A stretch of 63,975 nt of DNA, filler included, from Rhabdomonas costata (lineage: Eukaryota), in the NCBI GenBank assembly GCA_019059605.1. It is 43 parts of 43 records of this genome, joined end to end, with 100 filler letters (N's around TTAATTAATTAA, not from the genome) between each part and the next. Parts side by side here need not be neighbours in the genome. Positions count along the whole stretch, not along the records: positions 50,679 to 52,068 come from JAHMHO010017362.1; positions 52,169 to 53,558 come from JAHMHO010017363.1; positions 53,659 to 55,045 come from JAHMHO010017364.1; positions 55,146 to 56,535 come from JAHMHO010017365.1; positions 56,636 to 58,025 come from JAHMHO010017366.1; positions 58,126 to 59,510 come from JAHMHO010017367.1; positions 59,611 to 60,999 come from JAHMHO010017368.1; positions 61,100 to 62,485 come from JAHMHO010017369.1; 35 more parts are not named here. One strand, given 5' to 3'. Of this stretch, positions 50,729 to 61,965 are shown one piece after another; within the stretch, counting starts at the first letter, position 1, and every line of letters starts with the position of its first letter. The notes under the pieces were generated by a model. That model saw only the letters and a program-made list of their open reading frames with translations, ran no database searches and was not told the origin of the DNA. The position numbers were made by a program, and so were the translations under genes.

Positions 50729-51064
50729 CATCGCCTCCCCGTTAGGCCGTGCATAGAACATTCCCTCCACCGCAGGGTTACTGCACAACACAGCATAAGT
50801 GAAGGCATGGACTTCCTCCACCGTGCTGCGCTCAATTTGTGGGAAGTCACGCCAGTCGTTTAGCATCACAAGCATCCGGTCCAGCACGCTCAGCAGCCGG
50901 TGCTCCAGGTCCCGCATCACTGTGGCTTGGAACACTCCAGAGAGCTCCTCCACCGAGGAAATCGCGGCCTGGTTCAGGGTGGTCCACAGGCTGCCCGTGA
51001 AGGCCCCGGTGAAGGCCAGTACAGCGACGGCAAAGCATATCCACAAGGGTAGGGTGCGACGCAT
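50729..51064 (-). CDS. N-terminus of a membrane receptor (TM + Cache-like extracellular domain; adenylate-cyclase-receptor-like)
   Basis: MRRTLPLWICFAVAVLAFTGAFTGSLW (TM), a long helix, then NPAVEGMFYARPNGEAMG resembling the first strand of a Cache/PDC domain. The ORF is broken by a fold-back artefact at the contig edge. Confidence 0.55.
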
Positions 51065-51172
51065 TGCACTAAGGGAAGATATCGGAGAACAAATTGAAAA
51101 AGTAATAGTGACACATACAGAAAGCAAATATTTGCAGGCAAAAGGACGACATTACTAAAAACTGAAAACACA

Positions 51173-52068
51173 GAAGGGATTGGTGCGTATATGGCACAGG
51201 AAAACCATTGAAGAGGACAAGGAATTGTCAGGCTTGTCTCAACTCTCACATAGTGAGGAGCAGCGCGTCAGCTACCACTGGCTGCCTCCATTTAGTTCAC
51301 ACTGAACGTACCGCTAGCCTTTCGAAGGTTTAGGTGCTGAGGTGTTCAAGTTCCGCAGCGTAAACAATTACACCTTTGTCGCTGTGAATTTCTGTGTTCT
51401 CACTCCTTCCCTCGACGGCCAACACTTTCGAGTCGTGCAAGGGCGGGGGGAATACTGATAGCACCATACACGTTGCGAGCATTGTATGCTGCTCATGAAG
51501 CTGAAGCAACTTCCGCAGAAACCCCCCAGAGCAGGGTAGAGTTCTGTTGCAATGACAGAGAGTGTGTGACTCCGGCAAATCTTCCGAGAGCACATGTTGG
51601 TTCAGAACAAGCCGGGCAAAAATGCCGCTGCAGCTGCAGAGGTCTCCCATGCACACCATGTTTTGCCCACAACAGGAGCAGAATTTCCTCCCTATTTGGT
51701 GCGCCAGGTTGAGCACCTCGAACTGTTCCCGAAGTTTCGCACGGCCGGTGCTTCGCCGCCTGTGCTGCACTGGCACCCTTGCGAGCACTTCCCCCCCTTG
51801 CACGACGCGAAAGTGTTGGCCGTCGAGGGAAGGAGTAAGAACACAGATATTCACAGCAACAAAGGTGAAATTGTTTACGCTGCGGAACCTGAACACCTCA
51901 GCACCTAAACCTCCGAAAGGCTAGCTGTACGTGCAGTGTGAACCAAATGGAGGCAGTCAGCTACCACTGCTGACGCGCTGCTCCTCACTATGTGAGAGTT
52001 GAGACAAGCATGACAATTCCTTGTCCTCTTCAATGGTTTCCCTGTGCCATATACCCACCAATCCCTTC
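51173..52068. repeat. Long imperfect inverted repeat: arms 51173-~51452 and ~51788-52068, ~335-nt spacer
   Basis: Manual alignment gives about 13 substitutions plus one micro-inversion over ~280 nt. The right arm runs to the contig end. Confidence 0.97.
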
Positions 52069-54609
52069 NNNNNNNNNNNNNNNNNNNNNNNNNNNNNNNN
52101 NNNNNNNNNNNNTTAATTAATTAANNNNNNNNNNNNNNNNNNNNNNNNNNNNNNNNNNNNNNNNNNNNGGAGCCCTGGACACGGAAGTGTCTTTTCGGCT
52201 GAATGCGAAGTAAGTATTAGATGCTTAATAACCCCCAAAGCAGTACCCTGAGCTTGGGATTTTCAAATGCACAAGAAGGAATGCCCGCATAGTTTTCCAA
52301 GCGACGACTCTTTTTTACTCCCGAAATTCTCTGTAAGACCCTATGGTGTCGCGTTGTTGTCGCTTTTTTTCCCCCATTTCTCGTGAAGGTTTGCACGGAC
52401 CGTTTTTGTGGCGCACTTGCATCCTGTGAATCTGTGAATGTCTTCCCCCTTCCGTTAGTGTGTGGATACCGTGGCAGGGCGACAACCGCTGGCCCTCCGG
52501 TGCAAAACCGGCTGGTTTCTTTCCGACAAGGCTGCACAGTAATCCCACAGGAGTTCCCCACTGCATAGTTCGACCAGGTTTCCCACAAAGCAGTCATCCA
52601 ACACTGCAGCATTGCGAATTCATTGGCAGACGTAAATCTTTGAGGGGGCAGCCGCCATGGGTCTTCTAGGCAATCCATGGGGTGAGATGTTTGCCTTGCA
52701 AGTTGTTTTTGTTGGATGGAGCAGTGCGTTCGTTGGACTGACGCTGAGTAAAAGCAAAGGTGTCCGCCTGGCTGTACTCTGGAAGAGGGAATACATCCCC
52801 CCTGCTTTTCAAAACTTAACTGGGGGCGCTGCAAATGGCATTTCACCTGAAGTTGGGGCTGGGATTGTTGTTAAGGTGAGCATTGAACTGGAGCACACAG
52901 GTAATGGGTGGGGGCTTTGAGGTGTCCGAGTTGCAGGCTGCATAGAGAGAGAGGTGGCAAAGGGAAAGGAACACCATTGACAAAATGGACACTGCAGGGG
53001 CTGGCAGTGGGCGACCAGTGGCGTGTTTTCTCAGCCCCCGGTCCCCCGCCAGCCAAGCGGGCCCGGCACAGCCGCAGCAACCCCAAGTCAACCAGCCCGT
53101 GGCGGCCTTGCCTGGCCCCCTCTGCCGCTGCCTGTTTGTAATGGACTGATGTATCCACCATTTTTTTGAACAGTGGTTTTCCGCAGGCCATTGCACCAAA
53201 CAGTGTCAAGTGTTGGGCAGAAAGAAGTATACAACTGCTCTTTTCGTTTACTGGCACGATGTCAGACCGCACCAGTCGCAAAGGAAGATTGGAAGATCAC
53301 GTCCCAAATCACATGCAACACTTGCCTTCTCCAAGCGGAGCCCTGGGAGAGGTGGGAGAGGGCCAGTGGTCGACACGACCCCACACACCGCTTCTGTCGG
53401 AATGTGCCCTCAGCCCATTCCCACGCGTCTTCAAAGCCCACCGCTCTGCCCAGCAGCGATGTCCGGCAGTCGCCGCACATTCCCCAGCACAGCGTCGAAT
53501 CGGTCCCTTCTGCATCCCTTCTGCCCCGCATGGCCAACCCCCGCCACTCGCTCTCCCTNNNNNNNNNNNNNNNNNNNNNNNNNNNNNNNNNNNNNNNNNN
53601 NNTTAATTAATTAANNNNNNNNNNNNNNNNNNNNNNNNNNNNNNNNNNNNNNNNNNNNGTTTTGGTTTTTGTCGGTGGTGCTCTCCTCTGAAATGGCATT
53701 ATCGATCATGCCATTTCAGAGGAGATCGATAATGCCATTTCAGAGGAGAGCACCACCGACAAAATGCAAAACCTAAAAAGGCGACAACTAATACTTAGAA
53801 ATTCGGCACTGCAGCAATCCAGAATCCATTTGCAAACCCGCCACTCTCTCGAAATTGAAGGCAACCCAAAAACGTCACGAGAAGCGGGGGGCAAAAAACA
53901 ATATATAACCGTCAGTAGGTCCGTCCCCCCGCTGTTCCCTTCCCTTCTCTTCTTTTCTCCTCTCTACTCTTCTGCACATTTCTCTTGAAGGAAAATCTCA
54001 GGGATAGAGGAAGGAATCCCAGGGAGAGAGAGTGACTGCACCACTGATTTACAACAGGCGGCCATCTCTTTGCCCCCGTGCGCTGGCGCACTGCGAAGCT
54101 TTAAAAATGCAACGGTGCTTGGGGACCCCTCCCCCGCGTTCAGAACACGTACGGGCACGTACCCACTTCCGCACACCACACACGTGAAGAGAAACAGAGA
54201 TATAGCAGATGCGCAATAATCTAGACAGACAAGAATACACACACCGAAAGACAAGGAGGAGGAGGCAGTAACCCGCGGCGACCACATGGCAGAGAAAGAA
54301 AGATGGAAGAGTTCCCATGGGTATTCGGAGAAGTGCATGACAGAGGGCGCATCTGAGTGAGGACAGCTGGATGGAGCCGAAGAGTCAGAGGAATGCGTGA
54401 AGGGGCAGGAAAGGATCATGGTCATGCTAAAACAGCTCCTTTAGTAGGGGCTTCAATCGTTTGTTGTGTATGCGTCTCCTTAAGTTCTTGGACCCTGGAC
54501 TTCAATAATCATTCACAAAATCATCACTCATAAAAAACCTGAGAGGTTGACACGCCGCTGAACGGTGGAACCGGTTGATATAAGATATAAGGCTTCGGTA
54601 AATACATTC

Positions 54610-54883
54610 GGCAGCCCTTTACTAAACAGGCCCAAGAATAGGATTAATTTTTGGGAGGGGATTAGGGAGCGATGCAAGGTGTATTGACTTCCGGGGGTTA
54701 GGGAGCGTCGCCTCTTTGCAGAATTGCAATGTTTTTTCTTTTTGAGCTCGAGAGGCGTAGAAAACTCCCTCCCTCGGCCGATCCCTTCCTTTCTCTGCTC
54801 TGCTGCATCCGTGACGGTTTTTTGCTGTGACTGTCGTGGGGTTGTTTCGTCTTCTTCCTGGGCCTGTTTAGTAAAGGTATGCC
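54610..54883. mobile_element. 274-bp MITE with ~29-bp TIRs and 8-bp TSD (Merlin-like)
   Basis: Left end GGCAGCCCTTTACTAAACAGGCCCAAGAA; reverse complement of right end GGCATACCTTTACTAAACAGGCCCAGGAA. Flanked by ATACATTC at 54602-54609 and 54884-54891. Confidence 0.9.
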
Positions 54884-57505
54884 ATACATTCTTGGGCCTC
54901 TAGGGAGCAAATTTCATACTTAAAATTCAGTCATCCTGAACTCCCTAAGTCTCAACGCTATCTCCATTTCGGCAATTCGTCACTAGAGAAAAGAGGACAC
55001 TTTTAGATCATCACATCGATGACACTGCAATTACCCACCACCCCCNNNNNNNNNNNNNNNNNNNNNNNNNNNNNNNNNNNNNNNNNNNNTTAATTAATTA
55101 ANNNNNNNNNNNNNNNNNNNNNNNNNNNNNNNNNNNNNNNNNNNNGGTGTTGGTGACTAGGGGATTACGGGCATAAGAAGATCTCATGGCATCTCAAGGG
55201 ATACCCAGAGTTTTCTTCATAAGTCTGGGTATCCCTTGAGATGCCATGAGATCTTCTTATGCCCGTAATCCCCTAGTCACCAGCGTTCCAAATCTGCATT
55301 AATCTCGGTGATTGGTAATACCTACCCTTTTTTCTGACCCCTCTAAGTCGCTAATGTTTGGGGGAGGGGGGTCCATTAATGTAGTTATGCCTGGGGTAGG
55401 CCTGTATTCTTTTTAAATACAACAGGCCTCCCGAATACAATGCGTTGGCGGTCCTTGGGGTCAGGATTTCCTTTACCCTCGGCCGGTTATGGTGCCTCTT
55501 TCGTATCCCTTTGCGCCACTAGTTATCCCACGCAGCGGAGGGTTTACGAAAACACAATGTTTTTTATACACACCCCACGAAAGCACACCCACACCCCTAC
55601 AAATAAAACAGAGCAGCCGCACAGTGCAGGGGGGGGGGTACGGCGGCACCATGTATGGAGCAGGATCCGAAACTTCATGTTACCCACAGTTAGCTTCGTC
55701 TCCTTCCGTAACGTCTCCAGCTGAATGTGAAACAAACCAAAGCAATTAAAAGAAACGGAACCGAAAAACATGGCAGCCCCAACTCATCTGTATTTGATTG
55801 TGGAACTAGTCGCTAGGTGACGTCACTCCAGCTGTCGCATAAGAAACAAACCCTTGGTCTAGCTGGCGGCTTGCCTACAGACACACAGGCTGAGAGCTGT
55901 ACTCTTGCCGGGCGTTGAATCAATGCCTCGCTCCGGTCGGTGGTAAGGTAACACAGCAGATCAAGACAAGTGGCGCGTCACGCGTTCTACCACTGGAATA
56001 TCCCACCACCAAGGGAGACAATCACCATTCAGAGAATGAGAACGGGTGTGCGAATGTTTACACCTCCACGCGGAGGGCACTCAACGTAGCATCGCCGGGC
56101 GCATCTGACTTGACCTGTGTGTTGAAAGGGGGAGAGGTCAAAAAACAACTACATTTCAATCAATACTCAGTCGTAACAAGACAGAACTCTGCACAAACAC
56201 ACAAGAAGATGGCTGACATATATTATTCTCCACACAAAGCGATTCCCAAAAATACTTGAATTCTTGAACACTGCCGATGCCTTAGAGGGATCACGAAATG
56301 AGAACTGCGATCGAACCCAGCAAGGCCCATTTTACTCTCACGCACATTCCCAACCGATGCATACGAAGCATCGACAAAAACGCAGTGCCCAATCCACTAA
56401 AGACGACATAGGTGAGAGCTGGACCACCTGGCGGCGGGGATGAAGCCCCACATTTCCGTACTGACACCCAGGGCTCCGGCAAAACCCGCGGCCATCGTGG
56501 GCCCCTTTGAGCTCCAGAAAATCCTCCACAAACACNNNNNNNNNNNNNNNNNNNNNNNNNNNNNNNNNNNNNNNNNNNNTTAATTAATTAANNNNNNNNN
56601 NNNNNNNNNNNNNNNNNNNNNNNNNNNNNNNNNNNGGGGGGGTGGGCTTCTATCTGGAGGTCGCTGAGGGAAAGGTAAGAAGCGGGCTATATGGAGCTGA
56701 GACGGCAGCAGGTCGCGAGTGTGCCGCCCGCACAGGGGGGTGTGGTGGGATTGGCTGGCAGCAGCCCGGCGCCAGGCTCTTGGGCCGGCCAAGGAGGAGC
56801 GTAAGAAAGGGAAGTTATAGGAGAGACTGCTGAGGTGGGCTTTGTTTCGTTGCTGCACAAACACAACCTGGTGCCGTTGTATTTTGTGTCCGAACCTTCC
56901 TGGAAAATGGTGGTCCCCTTGGTGGGTGGTCCCTTGGTGCATCGGTGGTCCCTAGGTGGATATTCCTGGAAACTACAAGTCTTTTCTGCTTCGAAGGGCG
57001 ATGCTCCATGACTGCTGTGGTGTCAACACATTGAAAACTGACCTTTGACTACGCCATTAACACAAGCAGACAGCCACTTTTTCGACTTATATGGAGCAAA
57101 CATTTCGGTGCAAGGCCAAACTCGTCACACAGCTTCATAAATCTGAGTTTCCGGGTGTCACAAGCCTTACATAGACCTGTGGCAGCAGCCCACAGAGTAT
57201 TCCTCACTATGCTTTTACTAAAAACCCGTTTATAAGCTGCAATGCTCATCTTCGACAGGCTGGGTTGTGATTCTACTCCAGCTCCCACTTCTCAAATGAC
57301 CCGGGCCATATAATTCTTTGGTAGGCTCCCCATCCATCGCACTCGGGCAATTGCTATGATTCGCAATGATGCAGCCCGCAAACCACACAGCATTGAAAAC
57401 GGCCTGCAGACCAATTCAGCACACAGCGCTGTAGCTGGCGAACAAAAACGTTCGGCAGCTGCCGAAAGGCTCACAAAGGAAGCTATGAAGAAACACAACA
57501 AGATT

Positions 57506-57786
57506 GAAATGAAGCGGTTGGGGGGTTGTAGCATCTGAAGGGAACACTCTGTAGACAGAGAGCCCCTCCCCAAGTACCATACTCCCACATCAGCATACAA
57601 TAAAAAGGAGCACACAAGATCAAAAGGTCAGAAATATTGAGCGAAAGTGGAGGGAAGGGTAGGGGCTGCAGCGGTGCGCCACGAGAGAAATGAAGCGGCT
57701 GGGGGGTTGGAGCATCTGAAGGGAACACTCTGTAGACCCCCACATCAGCACACAAAACAAAGGGGCACACAAGGTCACAAGGTCAG
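57506..57786 (+). repeat. Diverged direct repeat (57506-57631 vs 57688-57786), second copy with an internal deletion
   Basis: Shared GAAATGAAGCGG.TGGGGGGTTG.AGCATCTGAAGGGAACACTCTGTAGAC and CCCACATCAGCA...CACACAAG.TCA.AAGGTCAG. Confidence 0.9.
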
Positions 57787-58944
57787 CTACACCCAAGAAA
57801 TCGGAGCGGGTGGCCTATGGCAGCCAAAGATTGCAATGGCCACACCGAAATGAAACACACAAACACACAAAGCTCAGGATTTGGCCTGCAAAGGCACGGC
57901 CCCTGTCATCAGATTTGCTATGCTATGCTGTGCTATGCTCCCCCTCAGCATTGTAAGAAATGTGCTGAGACGTACAACGGAGCCAGGCAAAACGGGAAAG
58001 AGCAATCTCATCATAACCCACACACNNNNNNNNNNNNNNNNNNNNNNNNNNNNNNNNNNNNNNNNNNNNTTAATTAATTAANNNNNNNNNNNNNNNNNNN
58101 NNNNNNNNNNNNNNNNNNNNNNNNNGTGTGTGTGTCTTTGTTGGCCTGTGCAGTATTTACGCGAGCTTTAATGTCCCCCCACCGCCCTTTAGATTCTTGC
58201 GGAGGCCGGACCTGAGGTGATGGTGGCATTTGTCACACCCGATGCGGCGTTTCAGCTGCAACAACCCAAGAACGTCGTGGAGGAAGCTATTGATGTGGAT
58301 GACGTGGATGACTGAGTCGGGGCAGCTCCCAGGCAGCTCTGTGTGGGGGTTGCCCCGTTAACACTTGTGCACTGTATAAGGCGTCCATTCGCCACCGAAG
58401 ATGATTTGATCAATCGCAGGCAACATTTTCCAATCTCTCGCTGCACAGTAAGAAGTGCCGCTGCTGCGGCAAGCGGCCTGCGTCCTCATACAGAAGTGGT
58501 GGGGGTCCAAGGAATTTTGATTTTGAAGGTTTTATGCAGCGACATTTCTGAAATCGGTCTAGCAGATCTTCGCCCCTCCTCACGGATCGCTGTCCAACAG
58601 AATCCCCGGGATCAAAAGCGGCTTCCCCATGAAATTTGTTGCAGAATTCAAGGTGAGATTGCTCTATCAATGATGAGGAGCATAATTCTGACAGGAAAAT
58701 ATTGAATTCGGAAGTATACTGGGATGGGATGTGTTTATTTCGCCTGTCCCATTTTCTGAACAAACTGTCTGAGTCTGGTGCTGTGGCGAAGCAATCCCAG
58801 AAATCTGTCTTGAGTTTTGTTTTGGAGAGAGTATTTTCCAGCATCGGTGGATTGGGGGGGGGAGGGGAGGGTAGCCTACGGATATTGGATTTCTCTGCCA
58901 TTCCACAGTCCATTCAGTAATTTTTGCTGCATAACCGCAACCTC

Positions 58945-59510
58945 ATGGAGTCTGGCACGAGCTTACCTTTCCCGGCGTACCCCGAAGGCGATCCCTTTCT
59001 CAAGCTCACCGGTGAGCTTCTGACGGAAAAGAAGCTCCGCTCGTCTGCGGTGGAGGAGGCCACGGCTGCCAGGCGGCAACTTGGCGAGATATGTGCGATG
59101 TACAACGACTTGGTGAGATGCAGCCCCGCGGCCGCTTCCTTTTGCACACGAGACCCCTGCTTCCCAAGTGTTCGCGTCGCTGACCTTGAGCGCCTCCTCA
59201 GCAAAAGCACGGAACTGTTGGAATCCATGAAAGAGCTGTCATGGGCTTCGGAGAAGGAGGAGGTTTCATCGGCAAGCCGATCCTTGAGCACTGGAATTCG
59301 AGTGCTGGAGGATTTAATACAAAACTACTCGCTGGGTGTGGAGCTGTTTGCGTGCTCCCTCTCGGATTACCTCCGAAACACCATGAATGTGCGCTCTCTA
59401 CTGGGCCCTGGGGATACGTCGCTGGAGTTCAGTGCCGATCAAGGTCTCACCCCATCCGCTGGTGATGGGTCTACCCTTCCCCTCCCCTCGGTAGACAGCG
59501 TCGACCATGG
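58945..59510 (+). CDS. Hypothetical helical protein, N-terminal part
   Basis: ATG 27 nt after a TTCAG acceptor. The frame is open to the contig end, with helical amphipathic composition. Confidence 0.55.
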
Positions 59511-59894
59511 NNNNNNNNNNNNNNNNNNNNNNNNNNNNNNNNNNNNNNNNNNNNTTAATTAATTAANNNNNNNNNNNNNNNNNNNNNNNNNNNNNNNNNN
59601 NNNNNNNNNNGTTGGTGGGGGTGTGTGTGTGTGTGTGTGTTCTGTTCGTGTACCAGCCTTCGCCATTGCCATTAGGCGCTCACCGGTATTGTGGGTCTTC
59701 GGAGCATGCCCCGAGGGTCCCTGACGTTCCCTTGCCTGTTTTCCCTTTACTTTGGCTTGACGTCGGCCACTACCACTGCCAGCCTTCCCCTCTACTCTAC
59801 TCTGCTCCCTCTATTACTCCAACTTTACTTGTGTGTGTGTGGTGTGTGTGTGCGTGTGTGTCTGTAAAATACAAAACGGTGCTGAGCTGGCCAC

Positions 59895-60916
59895 CTCCCT
59901 TCATCTTCTTCAGCTGAGCCAGCTCCCGCTCAGCCTTCTCCCACAGAGCCTTGAGCTCTGCCACGGTCCACTCACGGTTGATCTTTGCCTTGTTCTTGAT
60001 CGACTTCGCCCTGCACGGATTACATCCAAAACAACATCCGAAAAAAAGTAACATGCTGCGTTCTGTGGTGGTCGAAGCAGGCCAGGGGTCTTTTGCATAT
60101 ATATACCACAGGCCGTCCGAAACACTGCGCCCTCCCAGAGGTGGTGCCCCTTGGCAGATCTTTCTTATCCCTTTGACCGATTTCTTATTCCACACACGAG
60201 CGCAGCCACTACCCCCCCCACCCGCGAATTGTGGTAGGGGAGGGGGCGGAGGGCGTGGAGGGCGTAAAATGTGGTTATCCAAACAAAAGTGGCAGAGAGT
60301 GAGGGGAGACCTCTCTCCAAAGCGCAGAGTGGACATGGTCTCCAGGTCATTGTACTTGCTAACGCTGGCACACACGATCAGGGTGGTCCTGCTGTTCCCA
60401 CCTGAGCGGATGATGACGGGAAACTGGATGGGAAGCGTCTTCCACAACTGTGCAGTTCCGCAGGTTGCAAACGGATGACTAAATCTACCGGCTCATCCCA
60501 CCTCAGCACAAACAAAAAGCAACAAAAAGGAAAGAGAAGAAACGTGTAGTTCGATGCAACCACACTGAAGCACACCCAAGGAGTCCTGCAGCAGTCGGGT
60601 CAGCTTGGAGTCCCGATACGGCACGTGTGTGGACTGACGGAAAAGGAGGAAACTTGGGAAGTAAACTTGTGCTCGGCAAGGGCTAGAAGGAAGGGAGCAG
60701 TTACTACGCTGTACTAGGCTGCCTGCTGCCAGCCAGCTTCTCAGTCATAGGGAAAAGAAAAGTCACAAGGACAAGGACAATGGGGTGAGTGGATAGGTGG
60801 GGGCATCCCACCTTCTTGTCCGTCAGAGCGTTGATTACCATGCCAAGCATTGTGAGGGACTTGTTGATCAGCTTGGCCTCCTCCAGCTGCTGCCCCTCGG
60901 ACTTCGTCTTGCCAAC
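59895..60916 (-). CDS. Kinesin-1-like heavy chain, motor C-terminus and neck; exons 60916-60812, 60633-60576, 60401-60311, 60010-59895
   Basis: VGKTKSEGQQLEEAKLINKSLTMLGMVINALTDKK|STHVPYRDSKLTRLLQDSLG|GNSRTTLI...ETMSTLRFGER|AKSIKNKAKINRE. All introns GT-AG and in phase. Confidence 0.97.
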
Positions 60917-61395
60917 CTGCGCGAGGAAACGAAGCTTGCTGCGCTCCCACAACATTAAAGGATCCAAAAAAAATTCATTTAGTGCACAAGCCGGAACCGN
61001 NNNNNNNNNNNNNNNNNNNNNNNNNNNNNNNNNNNNNNNNNNNTTAATTAATTAANNNNNNNNNNNNNNNNNNNNNNNNNNNNNNNNNNNNNNNNNNNNG
61101 AGGAGTACCTTTTCTCTCTCTCTCTCTCTCTTAAAAACCTGTCTAAAATTAAAAAGAAAATTCGAGTAATTTGAGTTTTGCCACAAAACCCAAAGTGGGT
61201 GAAATCCCGATGTTCACAGCGATATTGTTGATATGAGAGAAACTTTCATTAGAATTGGGGGGGGGGGCATTATCTCTTGCCTCCCCCCACCCACACTTCT
61301 CATCCGCACAATTTCATGATTCCGGCATTTAAAGCCGCACACACACAGGGCACAGCATATGTAACCCAAAGAAACCAAGCGGTGAGGAGGCTCAC

Positions 61396-61965
61396 CTGCT
61401 TCTGAAGCTGCGCAATCTTTCCGGAGAGTGCCTCCTTTTCCGCCTGCTTGCAGCGGACCTGCTCCTGGAGACCCTGCACCTCTTCCTGGAGCTGCCGCAG
61501 CTGAAGCCACCACCCAAATACCCAAATCACTTCATTCAAATGGACCACTTGCCGACGCTAGTCAATTGGTGATGAACCCCAGAAAGCTAGCAAATGGTGC
61601 GCCCCTAAGCTGTGAATGCGCCGTATGTTCCTGCTATGTGTCATTTGACATGCGCTCGCTTTACTTTGGATACCTCTTTGTTACAACGTCAACTGGCACA
61701 ACATCAGTTGTGCAGCTGGAGTATTTCAAGCACTAACTAATTAAGCTGTCACTGGATCAACAAACCAATACAAAGTGGACGCAGAACCAGGCCAGGAACT
61801 CCTCACTGGAATTGTGGGGGGGGGGGGTGACGGGAAGTGGCCGTGGTGGTATGGTCTGACCTGCTCCGAGGCCTCCTGATCGCAACTCTTACGGGTTTCA
61901 GTGCGTTCCCCCTGAGCTCGCTGAAGTTCACCGCGGATCTGCACCAGCTCGGCATCCTTGGTAGC
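61396..61965 (-). CDS. Coiled-coil protein; exons 61965-61861 and 61500-61396
   Basis: Two CAG|...CAG|GT phase-0 exons rich in Q/E/L/K with a heptad pattern. Confidence 0.8.

Noticed and set aside
51330..51896. 188-aa ORF and its mirrored ORFs within the inverted repeat
   Set aside because: Their self-similarity is a by-product of the inverted repeat; no protein family signal.
53659..53764. Nested palindrome with partial internal duplication
   Set aside because: At a contig start and explained by double template switching.
55151..55282. Perfect hairpin at contig start
   Set aside because: Same artefact class as above.
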